Notes: generated by a model not told the origin, from the sequence alone. Shown: positions 10,878 through 20,851, counted from the stretch's first letter. The stretch is 64,000 bases of DNA from an uncultured bacterium (GCA_963786935.1 CAWBAN010000001.1:1376001-1440000); one strand, 5' to 3'. Numbers and translations are program-made.

Positions 10878-11705
10878 TCAGATGCTGTGCGGGAGGATGA
10901 ACAGGGCGAGGCTCACGAGGAAGCACGCGATGACGGCGATCGCGAACGAGCGTCGACCGAGACGATCCTTCTCCTCCCCCTTGCCGATGAAGCTCCCCCA
11001 CGCGAGGAGCAGGCTCACGAGCCAGAGCACGAAGATCACCTGCGTCTTGTTGTCGGTGACGTCGTACCCGAAGGGGAAGCCCTCCCACAGCGTGCCGAAC
11101 GTCTGATAGTTGAGGATGAAGCCGAGCGGCCAACCGCCGATGAAGGAGGCCGCGAGCGCCCACCGCGCCGCCCGCACCGCGTTTTTCTTGTCCTCGCGCC
11201 CCCGGAGGATATCGATCGCGAAGAGCGCGCTCATGACCATGAAGAAGAACGCCGCGAACATGAAGACCACATGCGCGACGATCACGACCGTCGACGCCGT
11301 TCCCTTGTATTTGAGAATGCCGAATTTTCCGTTGTCCGCCGGCACGCGCACCTTCGTCTGCTCGACGTTCGTCACGGCGATCCAGTAGGTGAACGTCGTC
11401 CCCTTCTCCATCGGAGGAAGACACGCCTCATGAACCCCCGGCCGAATCTCGAACATGCCGCGGCCCCGGATCTCCGTCGACGGGGGCTGCATCCAGCGCA
11501 CGACGAGCGCGGCTTTCTGCGCGGGCTCGACCCGCGCCTTCAGGCACGGCTGGCCCGGGCCGACCTGCTCGGTGACCGTCCGGTGATAGACCTTCAATCC
11601 CGGCGCCTCGGACACGAGATCCTCCGGCCTCCCCGACGCGAGCCGGCGCGCGGCCGCGAGGACTATGAGCGTCAGGACGACGCTGATGATGATTCTTCTT
11701 GCCAC
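10878..11705 (-). CDS. Hypothetical membrane protein (N-terminal anchor, soluble domain, about 4 C-terminal TM helices)
   Basis: Coding-like composition, hydrophobic helices and a W.GFPFGYDVTDNKT loop; upstream TTGCAA-N17-TATGAT (11767-11739). Confidence 0.75.
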   Translation of the reverse strand: MARRIIISVVLTLIVLAAARRLASGRPEDLVSEAPGLKVYHRTVTEQVGPGQPCLKARVEPAQKAALVVRWMQPPSTEIRGRGMFEIRPGVHEACLPPMEKGTTFTYWIAVTNVEQTKVRVPADNGKFGILKYKGTASTVVIVAHVVFMFAAFFFMVMSALFAIDILRGREDKKNAVRAARWALAASFIGGWPLGFILNYQTFGTLWEGFPFGYDVTDNKTQVIFVLWLVSLLLAWGSFIGKGEEKDRLGRRSFAIAVIACFLVSLALFILPHSI

Positions 11706-11781
11706 GGTTCACCCCCGCTTCTATACAATACGGAGACAATCATAACGGACGAAAACGCGTATTGCAAGGACGGCCTTCGCG

Positions 11782-12666
11782 TTGGAAACGATCGTCAGGG
11801 AAATCGAGATTCGCTCGCCGGGGGCGCTCCCGGTGCGCGCCGACCTGAGGACGGGGAGCGGCGGCGCGGGGCGCGCCCTGATCGTCGTGTGCCACGGCTT
11901 CCTCGGCCACAAGCGGTGGGGCTTCTTCCCGTACCTCTCCGAGCGCCTCGCCGCCGCGGGATTCGACGTTCTCACGATGAGCTTCTCCCTGAACGGCGTC
12001 GACGAGGCGACCGGGCTCATCGAGCGCCCCGCCGATTTCGCCCGCAACACCGTCTCCGCCGAGATCGCCGATCTGCGCCGCGCGCTCGACTACGTGCGCG
12101 GCGGCGCGCTGACCCCCGCGGGAGTCCGCGCGGAAACGATCGGGCTCTTCGGGCACAGCCGCGGCGGGGCGGTCGCGATCATCGCCGCCGCCGGGAGCGC
12201 CGCGGTGCGCTCGATCGTCACCTGGTCGACCGTCGCGCGGCTCGACCGCTACACGATCCGCCGGAAGGCGGCGTGGAAACGGGACGGAGCGCTCGCCTTC
12301 AGCGACGGGCGCGCGCGGGGTCCGCTCGAGCTCGATTACGCGTACTACGAGGACATCGACGCGAACCGGGACACGTTCGACGTCCGGCGCGCCTCCGCCG
12401 CGCTCGCGATCCCGCACCTCATGGTCCACGGCGATCGGGACGCCGCGGTGACGCTGCGGGAGGCCCGAACGCTCCTCGCGGAACCCGGGCCCGCCGCGCC
12501 GCGGCTCGAGGTCGTCCACGGCGCCGGGCACACGTTCAACGTCGCTCACCCGATGCGGCGGCCGCCGGCCGCCCTCGAGCGCGCCGTCGAGCTGACCGCG
12601 GACTGGTTCGCTCGAACCCTCACCGCAGATGGAAAGGACAGGCCATGCACCGGAAACAGATCGTGA
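11782..12666 (+). CDS. Alpha/beta-hydrolase fold protein
   Basis: CHGF oxyanion motif, GHSRGG nucleophile elbow, VHGDRD acid and AGHTF histidine. Confidence 0.85.
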   Translation: METIVREIEIRSPGALPVRADLRTGSGGAGRALIVVCHGFLGHKRWGFFPYLSERLAAAGFDVLTMSFSLNGVDEATGLIERPADFARNTVSAEIADLRRALDYVRGGALTPAGVRAETIGLFGHSRGGAVAIIAAAGSAAVRSIVTWSTVARLDRYTIRRKAAWKRDGALAFSDGRARGPLELDYAYYEDIDANRDTFDVRRASAALAIPHLMVHGDRDAAVTLREARTLLAEPGPAAPRLEVVHGAGHTFNVAHPMRRPPAALERAVELTADWFARTLTADGKDRPCTGNRS

Positions 12667-13022
12667 TCGCGATCGCCGCGGTCGTCGCCGTGGCCGCGAT
12701 CGTCGTCATGCTCGTCTCGTCGCGGCAGTGGATCGCCCATCGCTCGTACGACCGGGCGGGCGCCGGGCTCGCGTCGCGATTCAACGACGCCCAGGAGAAG
12801 AAATACGGCAAGGACCTGCGCTACACGCTCGATAAGTTCTGGGAATTCTACGAGAAGGGGCTCGTCTCCCGAAACGACCTCAACGACGTCGTCGAGAAGA
12901 CGCGATCGCTCCGCGCCCAGAAGGAGATCACCGACATGGATATCTTCGATTACATCGGGTACGTGAGCGGGCTCTACACGGAAGCGATGCGGCGGCGTCA
13001 GAGCGATATGTTTCCCGAATGA
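12645..13022 (+). CDS. Hypothetical membrane-anchored protein
   Basis: ATG 12645 after AAAGGA; N-terminal TM helix and natural-looking composition. It is the 3' end of the spurious 10440..13022 ORF. Confidence 0.7.
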   Translation: MHRKQIVIAIAAVVAVAAIVVMLVSSRQWIAHRSYDRAGAGLASRFNDAQEKKYGKDLRYTLDKFWEFYEKGLVSRNDLNDVVEKTRSLRAQKEITDMDIFDYIGYVSGLYTEAMRRRQSDMFPE

Positions 13023-13678
13023 AGGATGAAGCGGTCGGTGAGCTCGCGCTCGATGTCCCGAAAATTCTCGAACGGGATGTGCTCGATCCCCTGCGCGCGG
13101 CAGTGATCGAGGAGCTCGCCCTTGGCGAAGACGACGTCGGCGTGCTCGGCGGGGCAGCGGTCGCTGTATCCGTTCCCGATGTACACGGTCGTCGAGCCGT
13201 CCGCCTTGAGCTTCTCGAGATGGAACCGCTTGCAGTTCCCGCACCGCGTGCACTCCATGAGGTTGTAGTGCGGAAATTCGATGGCGCGCAGCGTCCCGTC
13301 CTCGACGACGAGGTGATTCGCCTTGAACTCGAGGTATCCGAGGCCGAATCGTATGAGGAGCCGGTCGATGTAGTAGTCGAGCCCGTCGCTCGTGACGAGG
13401 ATGCTGCTCGAGCGGCGCTCGCAGAAATCGACGAAATCCTTGAAATAGGGATCGAGCCCCTCGTTATCGGCGAAGGTGTCGAGATCCTCCTGGTCGGCGC
13501 GCATGAGGGCGAACTCGCTCTCGAGGCACTCCCGCGAGCTGATGAGGCCGAGACGCCACTGCTGGAGAATCTCCAGCCAGCGCGCGTAGTCGGGGATGAA
13601 CGTGCCGAAGAAATGGTGGCCGACGTCCCGTCGCGAGATCGTGCCGTCGAAGTCGCTGATGAGAACGACCTTCTTCAC
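12998..13678 (-). CDS. MtnX-like HAD-superfamily (IB) phosphatase
   Basis: SDFDGTIS motif I, TSDG, CGNCK and YIGNGYSD.C.A..AD.VFAK. Confidence 0.85.
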   Translation of the reverse strand: MKKVVLISDFDGTISRRDVGHHFFGTFIPDYARWLEILQQWRLGLISSRECLESEFALMRADQEDLDTFADNEGLDPYFKDFVDFCERRSSSILVTSDGLDYYIDRLLIRFGLGYLEFKANHLVVEDGTLRAIEFPHYNLMECTRCGNCKRFHLEKLKADGSTTVYIGNGYSDRCPAEHADVVFAKGELLDHCRAQGIEHIPFENFRDIERELTDRFILHSGNISL

Positions 13679-15339
13679 CGCTTCTGGGCCTCCGCCGTCT
13701 TCCCCGATGCCTCCGCCGTCTTCTTCGACGCCTCCGCCGTCTTCATCTGATCGTCCACGTACGCGAACATCTCCTTCAGGGTCGGCGCGGCGCGGAACAT
13801 CGCGAGCACCTTGTTCACCTCTTCATCCTTCGGGAGGGTGGCGATGTACGCGCCCTTCGTGCTCATCAGCTTGCGGAACACCTCGCGCTTGACCGCGAGC
13901 TTCATGTAATCGACGTTCTCGGGCGACGTCCACGAGGAATCCGCAGCCACGAACTTGTTTTCGGCGCAGTAGGTCCGGAAATCGGCGATCACGTCGTCGC
14001 CGGGCTCGAACTTCTCGGTGATCTTGTGTTTCACCGAATAGTGCACGGCGAAGTTGAAGAAGAGATTCCGCAGCTCGAGATCGCGCTCGAAATCGGTGAA
14101 TGCCGGGAGCGTGATCGCCCAGTCGGGAGTGATGCCTCCCCCGCCGTACACGACGCGGCCGCCGGAGGTGTGGAACTCCTGACGGGGCTCGTCGGATTTC
14201 TCCGCGCCGGCCTCGCCCTCCCCGGGGCCCTGCGGCGATTCCTCGTTGCCGAGCGCGAGATCCTCCCCGTCGCGCGGGCGATCCTTGTGGATGCAGCGGC
14301 CGCTCGGCGTGAAGTACTTCGCCGTCGTGAGCTTCAGCGCGTCCTTGCCGATCATGAACACGGTCTGGACGGAACCCTTGCCGAATGAGGTCTGGCCGAC
14401 GACGACCGCGCGGTCCCAATCCTGGAGCGCGCCGGCGACGATCTCGGACGCTGAGGCGCTCCCCTCGCTGATGAGCACGACGACGGGGACCTGATCGTGA
14501 ACCTTCGTCGAGCGCGAGTAGTATTTCACGTTGTGGCTCGGGATGCGGCTCTCCGTGTACACGAGCAGCTTGTCCTTCTCGAGGAAGAGCTCGCAGACCT
14601 CGCGCGCCGATTCGAGGAGACCGCCGGGATTGCCCCTCAGGTCGATGATGAGCCCCTTGATCTTCTGCTTTTCGAGATCCCTGATGATCGCGTCGAGCTC
14701 GCTCGCCGTCCGCTCGGCGAATCGCATGACGCGGACGTACCCGATCCCGTCGAGATCCGTCGAATACGTGATGCTCGGCACGCGGATGACCTCGCGCGTG
14801 ATCGTGTAATGGAGCGAATCGGGGAGCCCCTCCCGCGTGATGGTGATGCCGACCTGCGTGCCCTCGCGCCCGCGGAGCTTCGTGACCGCCTGCTCCGATT
14901 TCCAGTCCTTCGTCGAGACCCCTTCGATCTCGACGATCTTGTCCCCGCCCTGGATCCCGAGACGGTACGCCGGCGTTTCCTCGAGGGTCGTGACGACCGT
15001 GGGATATCCGTCAACCGTGCCGAGCGTGATTCCGAGCCCGCCGAACTCCCCCTTCGTGTCGATCATGAGGTTCTCGTACTCGTAGCTGTCCATGTAGATC
15101 GAGTGCTCGTCGAGCTGCTCGAGCATGCCGTCGATCGCCGCCCTGATCAGCTTCTCCGCGTCGATCTCGTCGACGTAGTAATTGAGAATCCGGTCGAGCA
15201 CGGCGCCGAACTGCTCGAGATTCTGGTAGACGGTCTCACGCTGCTTCTCCTCGCGATCCCCCGCCATGACGAAGATGGCCACGGCGGTGAGGGCGCACAG
15301 AAGCAGGAGACCGATGACGGCTTTCTTGTTCAATTTCAA
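13675..15339 (-). CDS. ctpA: Carboxyl-terminal processing protease (S41A, PDZ)
   Basis: YYVD, GEFGGLGI, DLRGNPGG, SASASEIVAGALQD and SFGKGSVQ motifs; TTG start after GGAGG. Confidence 0.92.
   Translation of the reverse strand: MKLNKKAVIGLLLLCALTAVAIFVMAGDREEKQRETVYQNLEQFGAVLDRILNYYVDEIDAEKLIRAAIDGMLEQLDEHSIYMDSYEYENLMIDTKGEFGGLGITLGTVDGYPTVVTTLEETPAYRLGIQGGDKIVEIEGVSTKDWKSEQAVTKLRGREGTQVGITITREGLPDSLHYTITREVIRVPSITYSTDLDGIGYVRVMRFAERTASELDAIIRDLEKQKIKGLIIDLRGNPGGLLESAREVCELFLEKDKLLVYTESRIPSHNVKYYSRSTKVHDQVPVVVLISEGSASASEIVAGALQDWDRAVVVGQTSFGKGSVQTVFMIGKDALKLTTAKYFTPSGRCIHKDRPRDGEDLALGNEESPQGPGEGEAGAEKSDEPRQEFHTSGGRVVYGGGGITPDWAITLPAFTDFERDLELRNLFFNFAVHYSVKHKITEKFEPGDDVIADFRTYCAENKFVAADSSWTSPENVDYMKLAVKREVFRKLMSTKGAYIATLPKDEEVNKVLAMFRAAPTLKEMFAYVDDQMKTAEASKKTAEASGKTAEAQKR
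13688..13744 (-). repeat. Three 21-nt-period tandem repeats encoding KTAEA(S) in the CtpA tail
   Basis: GCCTCCGCCGTCTTC at 13688, 13709 and 13730. Confidence 0.85.
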
Positions 15340-15505
15340 CGTCGAACCTCCGCAATCGCTACGTTCGAGGAAAACGGGAAGGCGCACAAACGCCGCCCCT
15401 CGCGTCGGACGCATCAAAAACGATGCCACGGCGGGACGCGCGCGGCTCCATTCCGGTTCCGGCCATAATATAACAAGCCCATTCCCGGAATCAAAAGCAT
15501 ATTGG

Positions 15506-16158
15506 TCATGCAGTTAGTGATACGCCGAAGAGCCCTTCGAGGTTCCCGAGAATCGCCCGGACGACCTCCTCGAGGGGGCGCGAGGCGTCGATGACGAGGA
15601 TCCGCGACGGTTCGCGTTTCGCGAGCCGCAGGTAACCCTCGCGGACACGCTCGTGGAAGCTCGCCTCCTCGCGTTCGAGGCGGTCCGGGGCCGCGGTGCC
15701 CTCGGCTTCGCGGCGCGCCGGGCCGCGGCGGAGCCCCTCCGCCACGGCGAGATCGAGGAGAAAGGTCCGGTCGGGAACGGTGTCTCCGACGGCCGCGGCG
15801 TTCAGCCCGGCGACGAGCTCCTCGCCGAGCCCGCGCGCCCATCCCTGGTAGGCGACGGACGCGTCGAGGTACCGGTCACAGACGACCGATCTCCCCGCGG
15901 CGAGCGCGGGCCGGATCACTTCGGCGACGAGCTGCGCCCTGCTCGCGAGGTAGAGAAACAGCTCCGCCTTCGGATCCATCTCCCGCCGCGCGGGATCGAG
16001 CAGGAGGCCGCGGATCGCCTCCGAGACCGCCGTCCCCCCGGTTCCCGGACGTGCGTGACGAGCGCCCCGGCGCCTTCGAGCGCGCGGCGGATCTCGCGCG
16101 AGACGACCGTTTTCCCCGATCCCTCGATCCCTTCGAATGTGATGAAGCGCGATTTCAC
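15506..16158 (-). CDS. tmk: Thymidylate kinase (split by an apparent 1-nt deletion in a G6 run at 16034-16039)
   Basis: FITFEGIEGSGKT...REPGG lies in one frame and ELFLYLASRAQ...CDRY...AYQG in another; one extra G restores REPGGTAVSEAIR. Confidence 0.9.
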
Positions 16159-16193
16159 GCGACCCTCCGCGAGCCGCCCCGCCGGCGGCGGGC

Positions 16194-16804
16194 TCATTTC
16201 GCCGAAGCGCCTTTCGCCGCGGCCAACCGATGGACGTGCACGATGCGCTGGACGGTGGTGACGAGGGTGAGCGCCGCGAGACACGCGATGACGGCGAAGA
16301 GAACGGTCCCGCCGAAGAGCAGCCCGAGCACGAGCAGGGTGACGCGCTCGGGGCGCTCGAGCAGTCCGACCCGGCAGTCCATGCCGAGCCCCTCGGCCCG
16401 GGCGCGGGTGTAGCTCGTGAGGATCGAGCCGGCGAGCGCGACGATGACGAGCGGCACGGCGAAGCGGCCCCCGTCCTCCCGCGCGGCGTAGTACACGACG
16501 AGGGCGCCGAACGATGCGAGCTCGGCGACGCGGTCGAGCGTCGAATCGATGAAGGCGCCGAACACGCTCTCTCTGCCGGAGCGCCGCGCGAGCGACCCGT
16601 CGAGCGCGTCGCAGATTCCCGAGAGGACGAGAATCACGGCGCCCGCGACGAGCTCCCCCGGGCGATCGCGACCGCGCCGGCGAGGCTCAGCACGAATCCG
16701 GCGACCGTGACCGCGGTCGGCGAAATCCCCGCCTTGACGAGAAGGCCCACGATCGGATCGAGGAGCCGGCGCAGCCTGTTCTTGATCGTCACTTTATCGT
16801 TCAT
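16194..16804 (-). CDS. CDP-alcohol phosphatidyltransferase (PgsA/PIP-synthase-like; apparent 1-nt deletion in a G5 run at 16655-16659)
   Basis: DALDGSLAR...FGAFIDSTLDR signature and SYTRARAEGLG. The N-terminus (MNDKVT...GISPTAVT) is in an offset frame. Confidence 0.85.
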
Positions 16805-16836
16805 GGTCCGGTGCGTCCTCTCGAAACGGCCGCGGT

Positions 16837-16865
16837 ATTATGAATCGCCCCGCGTCGTCTGTCAA
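16837..16865 (-). promoter_or_regulatory. Sigma-70-type promoter for the phosphatidyltransferase-tmk unit
   Basis: TTGACA-N17-CATAAT; the -35 overlaps the rsmI stop codon. Confidence 0.65.
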
Positions 16866-17614
16866 CCCGTTCGGTCCGGATCGGCGTCATCTTCCGGGCC
16901 GGGGGAGCTCTCCGCGCCGGCGCGCGCCCCGCGGCGCCGCCCGAGCCCGCGCACGAGAAGGGTCAGCTCGCCCCGGGGCGGCGTCGCTCCGAATCGCTCG
17001 AGAAGGCCGGCGGAAGTCCCGCGCAGCACCTCCTCGTGGAGCTTCGTGAGCTCGCGGGCGACGACGACCTCGCGTTCGCCGAGGATCCGGGAGAACGCAT
17101 CGAGCGTCTTGAGGAGACGGTGGGGGCTCTCGTAAAAGATGCTCGTATAGGGATTCGCGGCCGCTTCGCGGATCAGGCCTTCGCGCTCGCCCGGCTTCCG
17201 CGGAACGTACCCGTAGAACGTGAATCGGTCCGGGGGGAGACCGGAAAGAACGAGCGCCGTCGTCACCGCGCACGGGCCGGGGATCGCGGTGACGGCGATC
17301 CCCTCCTCGGCGAGCGCCCGCACGAGCGGGTATCCCGGATCCGACACGAGCGGCGTGCCGGCGTCCGAGACGAGCGCGAAGCGCTTCCCCTCCTTGATCT
17401 CGCGTATGATTACCGGCGTCATCTGCCGCTCGTTGTGATCGTGATACGAGCGGACCTGCGCGCGGATGCCGAGCCGGTCGAGGAGCACGCGCGCCTTCCT
17501 CGTGTCCTCGGCGAGCACGCAGTCGACCGAGCGGAGCGTTTCCGCCGCGCGGGCGGAGAGATCCTCGAGGTTCCCGATGGGCGTACCGACGAGATAGAAG
17601 GGATACGGTTTCAT
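16862..17614 (-). CDS. rsmI: 16S rRNA (cytidine1402-2'-O)-methyltransferase
   Basis: VGTPIGNLED, AEDTR, VSDAGTPLVSDPG, FYESPHR and RELTKLHEE motifs. Confidence 0.96.
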   Translation of the reverse strand: MKPYPFYLVGTPIGNLEDLSARAAETLRSVDCVLAEDTRKARVLLDRLGIRAQVRSYHDHNERQMTPVIIREIKEGKRFALVSDAGTPLVSDPGYPLVRALAEEGIAVTAIPGPCAVTTALVLSGLPPDRFTFYGYVPRKPGEREGLIREAAANPYTSIFYESPHRLLKTLDAFSRILGEREVVVARELTKLHEEVLRGTSAGLLERFGATPPRGELTLLVRGLGRRRGARAGAESSPGPEDDADPDRTG

Positions 17615-17648
17615 GGGCGGTTCGACCCTTCGCGCGGCGGATGTCCCG

Positions 17649-18686
17649 TCACGCCGCGAGGATCCGGGGCAGGAGACGCTCGAGCCGCTCCATGTCTCCG
17701 GCGCCGAAATCGAGATGCGTGACCATGCGCATGAAGCGCTCCGCGAACGGCAGCGCCAGAATTCCCGCGTTCCGAAGCGCCTCGTCGAGCTTCGAGATCC
17801 CGGCGTCCTCGTCGACCGGCCCGAAGATGATGATGTTCGTCTCGACGGGGAACGTGAGCCGGTAGCGGCCGGACTCCTCGACCATCCGGCCGATCCGCGC
17901 GGCGCGCTCGTGATCCTCGGCGAGACGCGCCACGTTGCGGTCGAGCGCGTAGAGACACGCGGCGGCCAGAATCCCGACCTGCCGCATTCCCCCGCCGAGA
18001 CGCTTGCGCCACACGCGGGCCTTCGCGATCGTCGCCGCGTCGGACATGAGGACGGAGCCGACCGGGGCGCCGAGCCCCTTCGAGAAGCAAAAGCTGATGG
18101 AATCGACGAGAGCCCCGTATCGCTCGAACGGTATCCCCGTCGCCACCGCCGCGTTCGCGAGACGGGCGCCGTCCATATGGATCCGCAGCCCCCGCTCGCG
18201 GGCGAACCGGGAGACCGCCTCGATCTGATCGAACGGATAGATCCTGCCCCCGGCGCGGTTATGCGTATTCTCGATCGCGACGAGCGACGTGCGCGGATGG
18301 TGGATGTTCGCGGGGCGAACCGCGGACGGGAGCGCCTCGACCGGGAGAAGCCCCGCCGGGCCGTCCATCGGAAAGAGCTGGAGACCGCCGAGGACGGACG
18401 CCGCCCCGACCTCGTAATTGAATATGTGGCATCTCCGGTCGAGGATCACCTCGTCGCCGGGGCTGGTCTGCGAGAGGAGTGCCAGCGTGTTCGACATCGT
18501 GCCGCTCGGGACGTACACGGCCGCCTCCGTGCCGAGCAGCGCCGCCATCCGCTCCTCGAGGCGCTTCACCGTCGGATCGTCCCCGAAGACGTCGTCGCCG
18601 ACGTCCGACCGCGCGATCGCCTCGCGCATGCCGGGGGACGGTCTCGTGACCGTATCGCTTCGAAGGTCGATGATGCTCTCCGCCAT
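17649..18686 (-). CDS. ltaE: Low-specificity L-threonine aldolase
   Basis: DLRSDTVT, GDDVFGDDPT, ENTHN, HMDGAR, CFSKGLGAPVGS and GGGMRQ motifs. Confidence 0.95.
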   Translation of the reverse strand: MAESIIDLRSDTVTRPSPGMREAIARSDVGDDVFGDDPTVKRLEERMAALLGTEAAVYVPSGTMSNTLALLSQTSPGDEVILDRRCHIFNYEVGAASVLGGLQLFPMDGPAGLLPVEALPSAVRPANIHHPRTSLVAIENTHNRAGGRIYPFDQIEAVSRFARERGLRIHMDGARLANAAVATGIPFERYGALVDSISFCFSKGLGAPVGSVLMSDAATIAKARVWRKRLGGGMRQVGILAAACLYALDRNVARLAEDHERAARIGRMVEESGRYRLTFPVETNIIIFGPVDEDAGISKLDEALRNAGILALPFAERFMRMVTHLDFGAGDMERLERLLPRILAA

Positions 18687-18791
18687 GACGCTCCAAACCT
18701 CCGTGAATTCGGCGGGCAGGGTTCCGACGCGCCGCGAGCCGCGCGGAACGAGGCGCCTCGATGAATATAAGGAAGGACTGCGGGCCGGACG

Positions 18792-19070
18792 TCAGGACTG
18801 CGCCACGAGCTCCTTCAATTCCCGCGATACCTTGAACACGGGAACCTTGCGGTCGGGAACGGGAACGGCCTCGCCCGTCCTCGGATTCCGGGCCATCCGG
18901 GACTTGCGCGCCTTCACCTTGAACGTTCCGAAACCGCGGATCTCGTAGTGTTTCCCCTCGGCGAGACCCTTGGCGATGCAATTGAGGAAATTATCGACAG
19001 CTTCGGCCACTTCTTTCTTCGTCAACCCTGTTCGGCTGGAGATGTTCTCCACAATCTCGGCTTTGGTCAT
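18792..19070 (-). CDS. HU/IHF-family DNA-binding protein
   Basis: MTKAEIV...EIRGFGTF...ARNPRTGE...PVFK; AGGAGG RBS; upstream TTGACA at 19174-19169. Confidence 0.95.
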   Translation of the reverse strand: MTKAEIVENISSRTGLTKKEVAEAVDNFLNCIAKGLAEGKHYEIRGFGTFKVKARKSRMARNPRTGEAVPVPDRKVPVFKVSRELKELVAQS

Positions 19071-19408
19071 CGGACATCCTCCTTATCTAGTACCAGGGTT
19101 GTGAGTCCCCTCCCTGCGGAAATCGTTGTCTTCAAGTATATATTGTTTTTAATGCGGGACTTACAGGTTGTCAAGACATTTCTCCGGGTCTCCGGACCTC
19201 CGCATCCGTCCCGCCGGGAGCGCCGCCGTTGCGGATGCGCACGAGCGCGCGTGCAAAAGCGCAAACATCGTGACGATCGCGGCCTTCGGGCGCGGGAAGG
19301 ATCGGGAACAACGGGGAGCGGCCTGCAGCCGCCCCGGTCCCGCATCCCGTGCGGAACACGTTGCGCTCCAGACGTTTGCGCCTCGAGCGCACGAGCGCGC
19401 CGAAAAAC

Positions 19409-19424
19409 TGGTATGCCCTTTGCT
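19409..19424 (+). promoter_or_regulatory. Sigma-54 (-24/-12) type promoter
   Basis: TGGTATGCCCTTTGCT versus consensus TGGCACG-N4-TTGCW, with exact GG-N10-GC spacing. Confidence 0.6.
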
Positions 19425-19434
19425 CTGATTCGAC

Positions 19435-19506
19435 TTCGCTGCGAGGTGGTCGCCGCCTTCACGAACCCGACCCTGCATCGTACTATCTCGCAGCACTTTT
19501 TATTTT
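19435..19506 (+). ncRNA. Candidate sigma-54-dependent small RNA (about 70 nt)
   Basis: Predicted +1 near 19435; 13-bp stem 19438-19450/19482-19494 with two G-U pairs, a C-rich loop and a TTTTTATTTT tract. Both flanking genes are on the opposite strand. Confidence 0.5.
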
Positions 19507-19529
19507 CCCCCCCGTTTCCCCCGCATTTC

Positions 19530-20273
19530 CTACGGAAGTCCCAGCAGCCGATGGCACTGGGGGATCACCCGAACGTCGTCGAGATGCGCGGCCGCCTCCG
19601 CGTGGCAGGCGAGGAGCGCGTTTCCCGGGACCGTGTCGCATCCCGGGACCGGCGTCGCGGGCTGGATGACGAACGTCGTTCGGCGGTCGCACTCCGCGAC
19701 GATCCGCGCCGCTTCGGCGAGCTCCGCCATGGAAAAGCCTTCCGCGACGACCGCCTTGCAGAACAGGCGCGCCCCCCGGAACAGGGGAAGCACGCGGCGG
19801 TAACCGTCGAGCGAGACGCCGGCGCAGAGGGACGGGAGCTTCAGGTCGAGCGACACGTAATCGACGAGCCCCGCGACGGCCCTCGCCGCCTCGGCGTGAA
19901 GGCCGTTCGTTTCGAGGTATACGGGGATGCCCGCGGCGCGGCTTCGCCCGAGGAAGCGGGCGAGAAACGCGGGCTGCTCGAGCGGCTCGCCGCCCGTGAC
20001 CGCCATCGAATGGAATCCCGGCGCGTCCGCGAGCGTGCTGACGGCCGACACGAGATCCTCGACCGACACGGGATTCACGAGGTTCCTCGCCCCGGCGGGA
20101 CCGCGCACGGCGCATTCGGCGACGCGGCCGCGCGCATCCGTCGAGTCGCAGTACCGGCACCGCGCCGAGCATCCCGAGAATCGCACGAACGCCTGCAGCA
20201 CGCCGACCGAGGGACCTTCCCCCTGAATCGAGCGGAACACCTCGTGAACGTATCCGCCGGCGGGCGGGATCAC
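19530..20273 (-). CDS. queE: 7-carboxy-7-deazaguanine synthase (radical SAM)
   Basis: EVFRSIQGEG, FVRFSGC...CRYCD, TGGEPL, LETNG and PQCH; GTG start overlaps the upstream stop. Confidence 0.92.
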   Translation of the reverse strand: MIPPAGGYVHEVFRSIQGEGPSVGVLQAFVRFSGCSARCRYCDSTDARGRVAECAVRGPAGARNLVNPVSVEDLVSAVSTLADAPGFHSMAVTGGEPLEQPAFLARFLGRSRAAGIPVYLETNGLHAEAARAVAGLVDYVSLDLKLPSLCAGVSLDGYRRVLPLFRGARLFCKAVVAEGFSMAELAEAARIVAECDRRTTFVIQPATPVPGCDTVPGNALLACHAEAAAHLDDVRVIPQCHRLLGLP

Positions 20274-20851
20274 GCCACCCCCCGCACCTTCCGGAGCGCG
20301 CGCTCGATCGATTCGCACTCGCTCTCGTACCGGACGAGCACGGCGTTGCCGAATTGCTTCGGATCGATGTCGAACTTCTTGAGACCGACCGCGGAGACCG
20401 GCGCGCCCGCCGGGTTCACGTTGATGCCGAAGTGAAACACCGTCGACAGGGCCGACGCGGTGCAGATGGCCACGGTGAGCTTGCGTCCGTTGATGTAGAG
20501 ATCGTCGCCGTCGCGCTTCACCGCGATCCCGGGCGACATCTCCTCGAGCGTCTCTTTCACGATCGACGCGAAGAGCCTGAGCCGCACGTTCCCCTCGCGA
20601 AGCGGCTGCTGGAAATGCTCGGCGATGAAGTGGAGCATCCGCTTCGAGACGATCTCGTGCTGCTCCTCCGCGTCCTCGAGATCGACGAGGCGGGTTCCCG
20701 AGACGCCGCACGCCCCGATGAACGCGATGACGCCGTCCCACACGATCCCGGATTTCTCGCGGACGAAATGGCTCCGGAGCTCAGCCCCGGTGTACGTGAT
20801 CTCCTCGGCGAGAAAAACCGTCTCGATCGGCACGTACCTTCGATCCTTCAT
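20270..20851 (-). CDS. DUF366-family protein (biotin/lipoate-ligase-like fold)
   Basis: YTGAELRSH, FIGAC, LVDLED, MLHFIAEHF, RDGDDLY...RKLTVAI and HFGIN match my recollection of DUF366; ATG after AAGGAGG. Confidence 0.75.
   Translation of the reverse strand: MKDRRYVPIETVFLAEEITYTGAELRSHFVREKSGIVWDGVIAFIGACGVSGTRLVDLEDAEEQHEIVSKRMLHFIAEHFQQPLREGNVRLRLFASIVKETLEEMSPGIAVKRDGDDLYINGRKLTVAICTASALSTVFHFGINVNPAGAPVSAVGLKKFDIDPKQFGNAVLVRYESECESIERALRKVRGVA

Noticed and set aside
16034..16039. Phase variation or pseudogenisation of tmk and the other split genes
   Set aside because: The runs are short (4-6 nt), all lack exactly one base and include an essential gene; sequencing error is more parsimonious.
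18948..19496. Small ORFs in the HU-queE gap (19067..19462, 19161..19496, 19168..19428)
   Set aside because: No convincing RBS, motif or coding-like composition; they overlap the HU promoter and the candidate sRNA unit.
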